Part shown: positions 23,645 through 36,400 of the stretch, one piece after another | Position numbering within the stretch: the first letter of the stretch is position 1 | Layout of the letters: every line of letters starts with the position of its first letter | Virus record (IMG/VR): IMGVR_UViG_3300045988_174610 | Span: 1-45,002 of that record | Source: a virus | DNA length: 45,002 bases | Reading direction: 5' to 3' (one strand) | Made by a program: the position numbers and the translations under genes | The notes under the pieces: generated by a model | Databases searched by the model: none | Told to the model about the DNA's origin: nothing | The model's input: the letters and a program-made list of their open reading frames with translations, nothing else

Positions 23645-24646
23645 ATGGCAGTTATTGGACAGAACCCCACCTTGGTCGACGTCGCCTCTCGCCTCGACGC
23701 CAATGGTGATATCGCTCCGATTGCAGAAGTTCTTGCTCAGAACAACGCAATTTTGAAGCACCTTCGCTGGAAGGAATGCAACATGACCGAAGGCTATAAG
23801 CATTCGATCAGAACCGGCATTCCCGAGCCGACGTGGCGCGGCCTCTACGAAGGCGTTCAGCCGACGAAGAGCACGACCGCTTCTGTGGTTGACGTGACTT
23901 CAAACGTGGAAATGTACGCCGACGTTGACGTCGATCTTGCGAACCTGAACGGCAACACCTATGCATTCCGCCTGTCTGAACAGCAGGGCTCTCTGCAGGG
24001 TATGGCCAATTCTGTGGCCGCCGCCTTCTACTACGGCGACAACGACAAGGAAATTCGCAAGTTCACGGGTCTGGCAACACGTTACAACACGCTTGCCAAG
24101 AAGGTGCCGTGCTCGCGCAATTGCATCAGCGCAATCGACTCGACCTACGCCAACACCCCCGACGGCTATACGTCGATCTTTATCGTGAACCTGGATCAGT
24201 TCGTCGGTCTGTATCCGAAGGGCAGCCGCTACGGCTTGACCCACACGGATAAGGGGCAGGTGACGATTGAAGCCCCTGATGGCAAGGGCTACATGGAAGC
24301 CTACCGTGACCACTACAAGTGGATGCCGGGTGCTGCTCTGATCGATTGGCGCGCTTGCGCTCGCATTTGCAACATCCCGATCAAGGACGGCGAAGTTGAC
24401 CTGACGGGCGACGGTCTTTTGAAGCGGATGATCGTTGCGAAGAACCGCATCCCTGCCAACCTGCGCAAGAACCTTGTGATGCTCATGCCGACCGAAGTCT
24501 TTACGGCTCTCGAAACCATCGCTCTCGACAAGAGCTCCAATGCTGTGAAGATCGTCGAAGCCGCCGAGCAGTTCAAGACCCACTTCTTCCAGATCCCGAT
24601 GGAAGCCGACGACGCCATTTCGCTTACCGAAGCGAAGGTCGCCTAA
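23645..24646 (+). CDS. Major capsid protein (HK97-fold type)
   Basis: 333 aa, follows the scaffold gene. The strong terminator after the next gene suggests high expression. Confidence 0.75.
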   Translation: MAVIGQNPTLVDVASRLDANGDIAPIAEVLAQNNAILKHLRWKECNMTEGYKHSIRTGIPEPTWRGLYEGVQPTKSTTASVVDVTSNVEMYADVDVDLANLNGNTYAFRLSEQQGSLQGMANSVAAAFYYGDNDKEIRKFTGLATRYNTLAKKVPCSRNCISAIDSTYANTPDGYTSIFIVNLDQFVGLYPKGSRYGLTHTDKGQVTIEAPDGKGYMEAYRDHYKWMPGAALIDWRACARICNIPIKDGEVDLTGDGLLKRMIVAKNRIPANLRKNLVMLMPTEVFTALETIALDKSSNAVKIVEAAEQFKTHFFQIPMEADDAISLTEAKVA

Positions 24647-24660
24647 GGAGGAAAAGACAA

Positions 24661-25080
24661 ATGCGTGTTGATCATCTTTCGATGTTTTCCAAGTCTCAGG
24701 TTCTGAGCGGCGCCTCTGCCGACTCGGAGGTCCTGGACATCAAGAAAGCCGGCATCGCTGAGGGCATCGGCTATATCTTCGTGCGCAACGAAACCGCTGT
24801 GACGAACCTTGCAACCGTGACGCTGCAGGGATCCGACGACAACGGTGAAGACGACGACTGGGCGGACATCGTAACCTATCCGGTGACGGATCTCACGATT
24901 GGCGGCGGTGTGAACATCGCCGTACCGCAGGGCCTGCCGCAGTATCTGAAGCTTGTGTATAAGGCAACCTCGAGCGCCACGCTCTCGGGTACCGTCAACG
25001 CCGGCTTCACGCTGCAGGTTGATTCGCCGCGCGGCAAGCGTATTGGTGACTACGAAGCCAATCCGAACTTTGCCGCCTAA
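24661..25080 (+). CDS. Putative capsid decoration/cement protein
   Basis: 139-aa beta-rich ORF directly after the capsid gene (GGAGG SD). Confidence 0.4.
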   Translation: MRVDHLSMFSKSQVLSGASADSEVLDIKKAGIAEGIGYIFVRNETAVTNLATVTLQGSDDNGEDDDWADIVTYPVTDLTIGGGVNIAVPQGLPQYLKLVYKATSSATLSGTVNAGFTLQVDSPRGKRIGDYEANPNFAA

Positions 25081-25132
25081 GAGAAGGAGGTGATCCCTCA
25101 TTTCGCCGCAGGGCTTTGGCTCTGCGGTGCCA

Positions 25133-25160
25133 CGGGAATCCTGAGGGGTTCCCGTTTTTT
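25133..25160 (+). terminator. Rho-independent terminator/attenuator after the capsid genes
   Basis: CGGGAA-(10 nt)-TTCCCG followed by TTTTTT. A second hairpin CCGCAG...CTGCGG lies at 25105-25127. Confidence 0.7.
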
Positions 25161-25174
25161 GTAGGAGAAAAAGG

Positions 25175-25807
25175 ATGGCCACAGCCGTCGACATCTGCAA
25201 CAAGGCGCTTGCTTACCTCGGTGACCGAGCGACCGTAACTTCGATTGATCCGCCCGAAGGATCACCCCAGGCCGATCATTGCGCGCGTTTCTATCCGATT
25301 GCGCTCGGTCAGATTTTGCGTGCCTATGCCTGGACGTTTGCGACGATCCGAAAAGAGGTAGCAAAGCTTGCGGACAAGCCTCTTGGATTCCGCAATGCGT
25401 ACGCCGTGCCTTCCGATTGCGCGGAACTGCACAGCGTACACGACGAAGGCGGGCACCGACTTCGGTCCTATCAAGTGATGCGCGTGGGAAAGATCATGGC
25501 CATCTGCACGGATGTGCCATTGTCGTGGATCGAGTACACGTCCACGGAAACCGACGCCGAGCTTTTGCCGTCCGACTTTGCCGATGCTCTGGCGCATCTG
25601 CTTGCCTCAAAGCTTGCGGGCGCCATGATCACGGGATCGAGCGGTGCGCAGATGGCCGAGGAACATCTGAAGATCTACCTCACGCTTCTGAAGGATTGCA
25701 TGCAGCGTGACGCAATCCAGAGCGATCAAATGAAAAGTTATCGCAGCGACCTGTTGGGCGACGCCAGAATTCCGAACGACTTGGGGGTGACCTATGGCAT
25801 TGACTAA
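25175..25807 (+). CDS. Head-tail adaptor (T7 gp11-like)
   Basis: N-terminus ICNKALAYLGDRATVTSID..S..A..C..FY...LGQILRAYAWTFA is typical of podovirus adaptor proteins. Size is about 200 aa and it precedes the nozzle gene. Confidence 0.6.
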   Translation: MATAVDICNKALAYLGDRATVTSIDPPEGSPQADHCARFYPIALGQILRAYAWTFATIRKEVAKLADKPLGFRNAYAVPSDCAELHSVHDEGGHRLRSYQVMRVGKIMAICTDVPLSWIEYTSTETDAELLPSDFADALAHLLASKLAGAMITGSSGAQMAEEHLKIYLTLLKDCMQRDAIQSDQMKSYRSDLLGDARIPNDLGVTYGID

Positions 25808-27854
25808 GGTTGTGCAGCTCTCTTATGCAGGCGGAGAAATCAGCCCCGATATGTACGGGCGAAAGGATGACACGCGCTATCAGAACGGTCTTGCGAAATG
25901 CCAGAACTTTTTGTGCTTGCCGCAGGGGCCAATTCGAAATCGTCCCGGCTTCGAGTTCGTAAGCGAATGCGAAATTGAAGACAAGCCCGTGCGTCTGATT
26001 CCGTTTACTTACTCTGCCGGTCAAACCATGATTGTGGAGCTTGGCGATAAGTATGCGAAGTTTCACAGCTACGGCGCGACACTCGTCAACGACGATGAGA
26101 CGCACTACAAGATCGAAACGCCTTGGGCGGCAGAAGATCTTTTTGACCTTGTCTATGTTCAGTCAGGAGACATCGTAACCTTCTGTTCGGAAAAGTATCC
26201 GCCGACAGAACTGCGTCGATACGGTGCCCGCGACTGGCGCATTCAGACGGTGCAAATCAACACGAAGCTCACCACGCCGACAGGAGTTAAAGCCGAGCGC
26301 GTCACGACGGCGGCAGACGATCCGAATGCCGACAAGTACACGATGAAGTACCGTGTTTCGTGCCTCAATGAGGACAAGTCCGAGGAAAGCGAGGCAAGCG
26401 AAGCTGTTGAGGTTGTGGCCAATCTTTACAGCTACGGCACCACGGTCAAGATTTCGTGCAACGCGGTCGAAGGCGCTGCGTTCTATCGCTTCTACAAATG
26501 TCAGGGCGGTTTGTACGGGTACATTGGTGACAGCGAAACGCCGGAGATCATCGATGACAACATCACTCCGAAAACAGATGTAACGATTCGCCGTTTTGAT
26601 GAACCTTTTGGCGAAAGCAACTGGCCGCGTGCCGTTGGCTACTATGAACAGCGCCGCATTTTTGCCGGGCTTGCAGAGGATCCGCAGCGTGTCTTGATGA
26701 CCAAGAGCGGAACGGAAAGCGACATGTCCTACAGCCTTCCGTACAGGTCGGACGACCGCATCAGCTTCCAGATTGCAAGTCGTGAATTCAATGCTATTCA
26801 ACATGTCGTGAGCCTTTCGAATCTGCTCCTTTTGACAGTCGGAATGGGATTTCGCATTAGCCCGCAGGACGGCTCTGTCATCACGCCGGACTCAATTACC
26901 GCGAAGCCCCAGAGTAACGAAGGCGCCTCTCGAGTTATGCCGCAGATCCTCAATAACTCTGCGATCTACTGCGCGGCTCGCGGCGGACATGTGCGAGAGC
27001 TTGCCTATCAGTACGCGGCCGGCGGCTATGTTTCTAGCGACTTGTGCCTGCGTTCTTCGCACCTTTTTGACTTCAAGACGATCAAGGATTCGGCATTGTC
27101 GCGCGCGCCGATTCCGATTGTCTGGTTCGTGAGCTCGGATGGGTCGCTCTTGGCACAAACCTATATCCCTGAGCAGGAAGTCAACGCATGGTCTCAGCTT
27201 GTCACAGATGGCGTCTTCGAATCTGTGGCGTCTGTTGAAGAGGGCGACGAGGATCACCTGTACGTCGTTGTGCGCCGCGAAGTCAACGGACAGACGCGCC
27301 GCTATGTCGAGCGCATGGCCACGCAGTCCGTGCAGGAAATTGAAGATTCTTTCTATGTCGATTCCGGTGCGGTCTACGAAGGCGACCCAGCGACGACGAT
27401 TTCAGGGCTTGACTGGCTTGAGGGCAAGACGGTATCGATTCTTGCCGATGGCGCCGTAATGCCTCAGCAGGTTGTGACCGATGGCAAAGTTGTGCTTGAC
27501 GTTGCCGCAAGCAAAGTAGCAGTGGGACTTCCGTACACATCGGATGCGCAGACTTTGCCTGTGATTATGCAGGACACTGGAATGGGCAGCGGTCGCATGA
27601 AAAATGTCACGCAGATGTACCTTCGCGTCCATAAGAGCTCAGGCATCTTTGCGGGGCCGTCTTTCGACGAATCCGACCTTGCGGAGTACAAGCAGCGCAC
27701 GACCGAGGCGCCCGGCAGTCCGCCGGCTCTCTTCACGGGAGAGCTTGAGCTTAGGCTCTTTCCCGCGTGGCAGGATAGCGGAACAATCTGCGTGCGCCAG
27801 CGCGATCCTCTGCCTTTGACCATCCAAAGCGCCGTGCTTACCGTGAGCACTTAG
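25794..27854 (+). CDS. Tail nozzle (T7 gp12-like tubular protein B)
   Basis: 686 aa. N-terminus GGEISPDMYGRKDDTRYQNGL...NRPGFEFV is characteristic of this family. Confidence 0.65.
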   Translation: MALTKVVQLSYAGGEISPDMYGRKDDTRYQNGLAKCQNFLCLPQGPIRNRPGFEFVSECEIEDKPVRLIPFTYSAGQTMIVELGDKYAKFHSYGATLVNDDETHYKIETPWAAEDLFDLVYVQSGDIVTFCSEKYPPTELRRYGARDWRIQTVQINTKLTTPTGVKAERVTTAADDPNADKYTMKYRVSCLNEDKSEESEASEAVEVVANLYSYGTTVKISCNAVEGAAFYRFYKCQGGLYGYIGDSETPEIIDDNITPKTDVTIRRFDEPFGESNWPRAVGYYEQRRIFAGLAEDPQRVLMTKSGTESDMSYSLPYRSDDRISFQIASREFNAIQHVVSLSNLLLLTVGMGFRISPQDGSVITPDSITAKPQSNEGASRVMPQILNNSAIYCAARGGHVRELAYQYAAGGYVSSDLCLRSSHLFDFKTIKDSALSRAPIPIVWFVSSDGSLLAQTYIPEQEVNAWSQLVTDGVFESVASVEEGDEDHLYVVVRREVNGQTRRYVERMATQSVQEIEDSFYVDSGAVYEGDPATTISGLDWLEGKTVSILADGAVMPQQVVTDGKVVLDVAASKVAVGLPYTSDAQTLPVIMQDTGMGSGRMKNVTQMYLRVHKSSGIFAGPSFDESDLAEYKQRTTEAPGSPPALFTGELELRLFPAWQDSGTICVRQRDPLPLTIQSAVLTVST

Positions 27855-27890
27855 TGCGTCCATAAAGCCTCGAATCTGCAGGATACCCTC

Positions 27891-28694
27891 ATGCCAAGAT
27901 CTATGAGGGTGTCCGCAGAAATGGCGAGCAATCAATTCTTTTATCCATCAAGCTACGCGCAGACACAGGGCCAAGCCACGGGTACGGGCAACACGTCTGA
28001 CGCAATCGAAGCAAACGCTGAAGGGATGAGCATGATCCCCGGCGGCTTTGGCACGGGCTTCAAGGTGGGGTACTCGGCAGTCAATACGACGCTTGGCCCA
28101 TTTCTTGCCTACCGTCAAGCTCGAAACGAAAAGCGCTCGCTTCAGATGCAGGCCGACATCATGCGCCTGCAGTCCCAGAGCTACCACTCTGCGGCTGACG
28201 ACGCAAAGCGGGCTGGACTCAACCAAGCGGCCGCCATCGGTTACCAAGCAGGACAAACGAAGTCCGCAGCTCGCGTGCGGCAGGCTGCAGGGGGAGTTCG
28301 TGTCGGAGGTTCCGGCTCTTCAGCCGAGGTGCTTGCGTCGATTGACATCTCAAAAGAGATGCAGATCAATCAGGTAATCGCAAATTCTGTGGCGCAATCG
28401 TGGGGCTATCGGCGCTCTGCAGTTGACTATTCCAACAAGGCGCTGAGCTATGACGTCGCAGCCAAAGGCATCAGCCCGTGGGCGGCAGCCATTACGAATT
28501 TGGTTGGATCACTCACGTCAATGGGGAAGGCCGATACCGGCAAAAGTGAAGGGGCGACAGCAAGCCCACAGGACTACGCGGAATTCGGCAGCAGCCTCAA
28601 GAACCTGTTCGGCAGCGGATCGGCCACGTCAGGAATGGGCGGCGGCAGCGACTTTAGCTCCTTTAGCACGGCATTCAGCAATTCGGGGTTCTAA
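27891..28694 (+). CDS. Internal virion/ejection protein (gp14-like position)
   Basis: Gly/Ala/Ser-rich 267-aa ORF after the nozzle gene. Alternative ATG at 27921. Confidence 0.45.
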   Translation: MPRSMRVSAEMASNQFFYPSSYAQTQGQATGTGNTSDAIEANAEGMSMIPGGFGTGFKVGYSAVNTTLGPFLAYRQARNEKRSLQMQADIMRLQSQSYHSAADDAKRAGLNQAAAIGYQAGQTKSAARVRQAAGGVRVGGSGSSAEVLASIDISKEMQINQVIANSVAQSWGYRRSAVDYSNKALSYDVAAKGISPWAAAITNLVGSLTSMGKADTGKSEGATASPQDYAEFGSSLKNLFGSGSATSGMGGGSDFSSFSTAFSNSGF

Positions 28695-30437
28695 ATGGCA
28701 GGAATCACAGTACCGAATCCGTATGGCCAGAAGGTAGCCATCGGTCCAACGAACGGCCTTGGTGGGCTTCACGAAGCGCCCGAAACGCAGTACGGCCTCG
28801 ACAAAGTTGTCGGCGGCATGACCAAGGAGGTGACTGGTTTTATTGACCAATGGCAAGACGAGATAGATCGTACCAACGCAAAGGACGCGATCAACAAGAC
28901 GCGCCAACAGCTTTCCGATCTTGAGACCAACCAGGAGAGCGGCTGGGGAAATCTCTTGGGCGAAAACGCGTTGAACCGACCCGACGGCAAGAGTCTTGTA
29001 GACGAATATCAGCTTAAGGCCAAAGAGGTTATTGACGGCCAGCGCAGTGCCTTGAAAACCGCCGCCGCGCGCAAGTACTACGAGCAGTTTGCCGAGGTTG
29101 CATATCAGCAAAACGGAGCACGCCTGCAGACGCACATGATCAATCAGCAAAAGGTGCGAGACAAGGCTGTAAGCGCTTCGACGATCAAGATGGCGCAGGA
29201 TGACATTCAGTCAGGCGATCTTGAACGCATGCAGTCGGGCTTTGCCGTTTTGCGATCTGAACTCCAAAACCTTGCGAACAAAAGCGGGCTGCCCGTTGAT
29301 AAATTCGAGACGGTCGGCAAGATGCATCAGATTGCCATCGAGGGATACATCGACAGAGGCAGTCCTGATGCTGCGGCGCAGTGGCTCGCTGCCAACAGGG
29401 ACGAAATGAGCTCTGAGCAGATTGCAAAGGCCAAGGACTTGATCAAAGCCGGCAAGACCACGCAGAGAGCTGACGATCTGGCGCCGAAGATGCTCAACGC
29501 CTACAAAGACCGATCCGATCTCATGAAGCACGTCTATGCGATTGAGGACGAAGATCTGCGCGAAAAGGTCGAGACCCGCATCAACAAGCTCACGGCGCAG
29601 CAGGACCGCATCCGTAGCGCAGAAAAGAAAGAGGCCCTCAAACAGTACTGGGACTGCGTTGACAACGAAGAAGAGCCGCCCGACACGCTGATGGCACAGC
29701 TCAAAGAGCTGGATCCTGCGCTTTATCAGCGACTCAAGAAACCTCGTCGTCGAACGGAGTCTGACGAGAAGGTTTTGGCAGATCTGACGGACATGATGCT
29801 GAGGAATCCGACCCAGTTCGCCGAACTTGACCTTAACGAATACGCGTCGAGCCTGACGAAGAAAGATCAAAACGACCTGGTGAAGCTTCAGGGAAAAATG
29901 GGGGACGCCTCGTGGGAAGCTTTCGAAAAAGACCTCAAGCTCCGCATTGATGCCGATAAGTCACTCAGGAAGCACAGAAAAGAAATCATCTCGGCGGCCA
30001 CGACGCTATGGGATGAGGCGAAGCTTTCTCGGCCCAAGGGCTTTATTGACAAAGCAACGTCCGACATGCTCATCGACCGCGTGCTCGGTTACGACGAGTT
30101 CTCCATGAATAACTGGAGCCGTGAGCGCGGCTACGAAATCATCAATCAGCGAGACAGAGGCGTGTCTGCGAGCGAGGCACTCGCAAGCTTTGACTTCGAG
30201 GGTGACGCCACGGACGAAGAGCTCAACGAAATCCTGCGCCGCAACGGTATCACGCAGAAGGTTACGCAAAGGCAAGCCATGTTTGCTCGACAGATCGCAA
30301 ATGGCTACGGCTTGCCGCCCGACATCATGCGCCAGGCTGAGGGGCACGCACGAGAAGCTTGCCGTCAAACGGGCGCAAAGCTCACGCAAGAACTCATCAA
30401 CCGCACCGCAGAAAAGATCGCTTTCGGACAGAAGTAA
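28695..30437 (+). CDS. Internal virion/ejection protein (gp15-like position)
   Basis: 580-aa helical, charged ORF, abutting both neighbours (TAAATG junctions). Confidence 0.5.
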   Translation: MAGITVPNPYGQKVAIGPTNGLGGLHEAPETQYGLDKVVGGMTKEVTGFIDQWQDEIDRTNAKDAINKTRQQLSDLETNQESGWGNLLGENALNRPDGKSLVDEYQLKAKEVIDGQRSALKTAAARKYYEQFAEVAYQQNGARLQTHMINQQKVRDKAVSASTIKMAQDDIQSGDLERMQSGFAVLRSELQNLANKSGLPVDKFETVGKMHQIAIEGYIDRGSPDAAAQWLAANRDEMSSEQIAKAKDLIKAGKTTQRADDLAPKMLNAYKDRSDLMKHVYAIEDEDLREKVETRINKLTAQQDRIRSAEKKEALKQYWDCVDNEEEPPDTLMAQLKELDPALYQRLKKPRRRTESDEKVLADLTDMMLRNPTQFAELDLNEYASSLTKKDQNDLVKLQGKMGDASWEAFEKDLKLRIDADKSLRKHRKEIISAATTLWDEAKLSRPKGFIDKATSDMLIDRVLGYDEFSMNNWSRERGYEIINQRDRGVSASEALASFDFEGDATDEELNEILRRNGITQKVTQRQAMFARQIANGYGLPPDIMRQAEGHAREACRQTGAKLTQELINRTAEKIAFGQK

Positions 30438-33400
30438 ATGAAAGAGAACCTGAACCCCGCCTTTGAGGCCATCGACGAACTCGCGGCAGAGCAGAAACAG
30501 CGCCAGGAGCAAACTGGCGCACAGATGCAGGCGTACACAAAGCAACTCGAATCAGTTCAGCAAGAGGCAGAAACCAACAGCAATCCTGCCTTTGCGGTGA
30601 TTGATGAAATGCAGGCCGAGCGGCGTCGCTCCGCGGGTGCGCTTGTTAGCGGTGATGCTATGAAGGCGGCCAAAGTGCGAGATCTTTCCGAACGCTACGG
30701 AACTACGCGCACGGCCGCAGAGATCAACTACGACACGCTCTTTGCCCAGGCAAACCGTGACGATGCGGACGAAGCTCTGACGCAGGCACCTTCACTGGCC
30801 AAATATTTCGCCGAAAACCAAAAAGATGCGCCGATCTTCAAGGATGATCTTGGGGTGCTTTCGCGCATTGAGGAAGGGTTCCGCAAGATCGGTTCTCGCT
30901 ACTCTTCAAATTCGAATGAACCTGTTGATGCCCAACCCAATGCGAAGTACTGGGACACGGAAGAAACTACGGGAGACGCTGCGCTTGACGAACGCATTCG
31001 CCCGATGGTGAATTCCTCGCAGATCGGGCGCGGCGCACAGGCAGGATGGCTCATCGGACAGCAAGGCTTGATGTGGGCTGAGGCCGGCAACAACAAGGCT
31101 CGGCTTAATGACGAATTCAAGAAGCGTGATAAAGAGATCGACAAGGATCTCGAACAGCTTGCGGGTGACGACTCGGATGCGGCTTTCTACAACGCCGCGC
31201 AGATTGTCGGCACGATGCTTTCGACTATGCTCGGCGGTTCAGAAGGTGCGGTTGCCGGCGGTGCATTGGCCACGGGTGCTATGGCTGTCGGTGCGGCTCC
31301 TGCCTCAGTGCCCATTCTTTTGGGCGGCATGGCGCTTGGCATGGGCACTGAAGGAACGCGAAAAGTCGAAGGCGGCCTTTCTTTGAAGACCCTCATTGAT
31401 CAAGGCGTGCCGTATGAAAAAGCCGTACAGATTGCAGGATCCGTGGGCGCAGTCAATGCCTTGATCGAAATGGGCGGCGTGAGTGTGCTCGGCAAGGCCT
31501 TCAGCCCAATTGCCAAATCATTGAATTCTCTTTTTACCAGCAAGTCCGTAAAAGCCCTTGAGAGTCCGACGTTGCGCGGTGCGTTCATGGACGTCGCCCG
31601 CTTGTACACAATGGGCGTCGGGCAGGAAGTCATCACCGAGGCCGCGCAGGAAGTGACCTCAATGGTAGGCGAAGAGGTCGGCCGCCTTTGGGGTGAAACG
31701 GGCGCCAAAGGCATTTCGATGGACGAGGCCATTGACCGCATTCTTGATGTCGGAGAGATGACACTGAAGGGCTCTGCCGTGCTTGGTGCGCTGAGTACGG
31801 GTCCGGTCATGGTCAACCATGCTGCCAAGATAAACCGCGCGAATCAGACGAAGGAATTTTTTGAAAACCTCACACAGGATGTGGCGCAGATGAAAGGTGC
31901 AAACCTTTCTCCGGGTGCCACCAAGGAAGTAATTGATGGCGTGGCACAGGATGCCGGCGCGGGAACGATTTATGTCGACGGTTATGCGTTCCGACAGGTA
32001 ATGGTTGAAGCCGGCGTACGGCCTGAAGATCTTGAGCAGGTGGTCCCCGGCTTGTCTCAGCAGGTGGATGCGGCAGCTGTAAACGGCACCGATGTGACGA
32101 TGAGCACAGGCGACTTTGCGGCACGTCTCGCGGCTTCTCCATTTGGGCAAAAGCTCGTGCCCCACATGCGCCTTAACGAAAACGACCTTTCTCAAGTTGA
32201 AGCTGATAACCTCGAAAAGTCCGTTAAGCAAATGCGCCGCGCAGCCGTTCGGTACGCGATCAACCCCGACGAGCAGATTGTTGATCCCGACGAGCTCAAA
32301 GTTGAAAACGATGCAACGCTCACACCCGAACAAAAGAAAGAGCAGCGAAAGGCCATACGTACCGGTCGCGAACAGAGACGCCAAGCGGACAAAGACGCAC
32401 GCGACGCGTACGTCACTGGTATTACAAACAGTCTGACGCAAGCCGGATTCTCGTCGCGAGAGGCTCGCACACAGGCTCGATTTGCCGGCGCTGTGATGAG
32501 CAACCTTGCCAAACGTCTGGAAATACCTGTGCAAGAAGCGGTCGATCGCTATGGGGTGAATGTTTCTGTGAGTGACGACAGTCCCTCGGGAAACAGATTC
32601 AACATGCCCATCACTCAGGGGATTGAGTGGCCTATGGGGCCGTCCAAGACAATCAAGCCTGATGACACTTTGACGGTTATTCGTGTCACAAATGCCCCTG
32701 TGAGTCGGAAAGAAGCTGTTGCGCAAGCCGCAGATGTTTTTAGCCGTGGTGTTACCAATAAGAGTACCGGATTTGTTTTGACTGCTTCTCGCAGTGACAT
32801 GAAAAAGGCCGCAGGTGGTATCGGCTCGTTAAAAGAACGGGTGTTCACAGCTGTGGCTATGGATATTGCCAGAATCGCAGAAGAATCGATTTTGGTTGAA
32901 AGCCACGTAGATGTACAGCACCGAAACCCCAAGGTTCAGGGTGTTCATCACTTCATTGCCCCTGTTGAATTTGGCGGCAAACTTTGGAGGGTGCAGCTCT
33001 TAGTGCGGGATATTGTCGAGCCGAAAAATGACCGAGCGATTGTTCACTCGGTTGATGGTATCGATATCCAGGAAATGGAAACCCCGCCCGGTGGTATTAG
33101 CCAATCGGAGAGCGGGGCTTCTTACGTCAATGGGGTCGCGGCCGCAGACAACCGACTAGTCCGCCTTGACACCGATAGTGGGCCCACTGACCGTACTCTT
33201 AGTTTAACAGACTTGATTGGAGGTCGCGTTCCTTACGAGCGCGCAGATGGTCGAGGTTTGTTTGATGCGGTAGAAGAATCTTCTTTCGCCGAAAACGGTG
33301 TCTATTACGAGGCTCCTGTATTCAATCAGACAGCTTGGCACGGGTCGCCGCATCAGTTCGATCGATTCTCAACCGAACACATCGGCTCTGGCGAAGGTGC

Positions 33401-36400
33401 TCAGATGCACGGCTGGGGGCTGTATTTTGCAGATGACCAGGCAGTTGCAGATCGGTATCGCGGGAGCCTTGTGATCGGACGAGGAGGAAACGAATACTCG
33501 ATTGCATACAAGGGGGCTCGACCGGAGGAACTTCCTCAATCTTTGCGCGTCGGGTTAGAAAGGCTGAAGGGCAATGTTCTGCACATCGATAGCGATATCC
33601 GGAGAGAGTATGAATCGCTTGTTTATTCGTTGAATGAACGATTCGAGGCTGCCGATCGGATTGCGAAAGTTTACGAAGGACTGATCGCTCAGATTGACGA
33701 AAATCCCAAACAGTCAATTTCGTCGTTTTTGGCACGCGTTCCGGAAGATGAAAAATACCGAGCCGATCTTGCGGTGAAAAGTGCCCGTGCTGCTGCTAAG
33801 AACGAAGGTAGAAGAGCTTCTGTCCATGATGTTCGTACACAGCTAAACGACTCGCTTGCAGCAGTAGATCAGCAAAGGCGTGAGAACAAAGAGCCACTGG
33901 ACGCTTTAAGACAAATTGATCCGGATGACTTGACGGTTGAATACGACTCCGGACGTGTTTTCAAAGTTGACATTCCTGACCCCGACAAAATGCTTGACGA
34001 ACAAAAGCTCTGGGGAGCCGGCAGCAATTTTGAGTTGAAGGCAAAAATTCGCGGGATGATTAGCGAATGGAATGGTGACCATTTGGACACGGAACAAATG
34101 ATCTATGTTCCAGATAGGCCGACAGGACGCGATGTTTATCAGGCTATCTCAAAAGCAATGGGCGGTCCTAAACAGGCGTCTTTGTGGCTGAAAGACCGAG
34201 GGATCGAGGGCATTACCTATGTGGGCGGAACTGACGGACGATGCTACGTTGTCTTTGACGACCAGGCTATTGAAGTCCTCGACTTCTATCAGCGTCAAGG
34301 CGGCGAATCTTTGGGATCCTACTCCCCGACCGAAAACCGCATCACGCTGACGCCGAATGCCGACCTTTCGACCTTCTCTCACGAGATGGGCCATTGGTAC
34401 CTGAACACGTTATTTGCCGTTGCTCGCGCCGGTGATGCCACACCTTCCATCCTTGAAGACGTCAACGCCGTCATGAAGGAGTTCGGCCTTTCGGGGATTG
34501 CCGAGTGGGATGCCTTGGGCTTTGAAGGCCAGCGCAAGTACCACGAGCGCTTTGCATCTTGGACGGAGCAGTATCTCGCCGAAGCCAAGGCTCCTGTCGG
34601 CTTAAAGAAGTTCTTCCGCACTCTGGGCAAGTTCATCCGCGACGCCTACCGCACTTTTATGGCCGGCGTTGTTGAAGGTACGCAGACTCGCTACCGTCAG
34701 GAAACAGGCGAAGAGCTCCCGATGTTCTCCGAAGAAGTCCGACGCGTGCTTGACCGCATGGTTGCGGGCGAAGCAGCCGTTGAGCAGAACGAACAGGCCC
34801 AGAGCCTGACGCCGCTTTTCGAAACAAAGCCTGATGGCATGAGCGACGAAGAATGGCGGGAATACGCAGCAGAGCACGACGATGCGGTTCAGTCCGGCGC
34901 AGAACTGCTTGCAAAAGCACAGGCAAAAGACGAGCGCTGGTACTCGAACGCACGAAGCAAGATCCTCAAGGAGATGCAGGCTCGTGCCGAAGAGATTCGC
35001 AAGAATACGCGCGAACGCGTGGAAGCCAGACTCATGAAAAGCCGCGAATTCACGGCTCTCAACATTCTGCAATCTTCAGATCGTCCTGGTATTGCGTTTG
35101 ATGCCCGCATCGATCCGAAATCGCTCGATGGCTTGCTTGAAGCCGGGCAGATCGAAATTCTACGAAAGGCAGGTATGCTCAAAGACGGCGGGGTTGATGT
35201 GAAGGTCTCCCGCGAACTGCTTCGTCCGTTTGCCAACTTCCGCTCCGATCGGACGTTCCTTAATGGCCTTCTGCGTGTTGCCGATAAGGAAAGAGTCATT
35301 GAAGAGCAGACAACGGCTGAATGTTTGAAGAAGTACGGCGAGCTCTTTGATCCCGTCAAGCGCGACAAGACCGTATCGAAGGCGCTTCACAACGAAGCCC
35401 GAGGCCGCATGGTTGCCACCGAGCTCAAGTACCTGATCAACGACAAGGAGGCGCGTTCGCGCGTTTACCTGGCCGCGGCACGGCAGGCGGCAATGGCTCT
35501 CGTGGACCGCACGAGAATCGGCAAAGCGAAGGTCGCGACTTTCCTTTCTGCGGAAGGGCGTGCTGCACGCCGTGCTCTGGAGGCGTTCCGCAAGGGAGAT
35601 CTTGAGGCCGCCGCCAACTTCAAGCGGCAGCAGATTGTTAACCATGAAGCCGCGCGCCTTGTGTCCGAGGCTGAAGATAAGCGCGAACGCCTCAAGGAGC
35701 TGCGCAACCTTGTATTCAAGTCCGACAAGAAGCTTGCCGCTAGATACGACACGAATATCATGGCCGTTGCTCGCGCGGTGCTCACGAATCGCAACATGGG
35801 CAAGGCGACAGAGAACGTAGACGATGCCGTCGAGGAAATCCTGAAGAAGGTCAAGCAGTACGATCCGGAAATCTTCGAGGGCCTGAAGTCGTTCATGGAT
35901 CGGCATCCTTACAGCCCTGGGCGCGATCCGTCGATGCTGACTGTCGCGGGATTCATCGGCGTGGTTGATGACGTACAGGCGCTTGTCAAACTGGCTCGAG
36001 ACGCGCGCCAAATCACTCTTGACGGAAAGAAGCAGGACCTCGACCAAGCTATCGAAGCACTCAAGAAAGCGATCTTGTCCGCGGACAACACTCGCTTTCG
36101 CCCCGGACAGGAACGTGCTTCCACCAAAAAGGAAGAGAACCGCAAGCTCTACTTTACGGCTCGGGCTTTTGTCATGCGCGTGGAAAACTGGTGCCGGGCC
36201 ATGGACAACGGGCAGGACTTGGGGCCGTTTACGCGCTACATATTCCGCCCCGTTGCCGACGCCGCAGCCAAATACCGCGTCAAGAACGCTGAAATCCAGG
36301 AACGATTTGCAGCTCTCATCAAGCCCATGGAAGAGAAATGGGAAGAGGTTGGAGAGATTGAGGCGCCGGAGCTTGGCTACACGTTCGAGCGCAAGTCCGA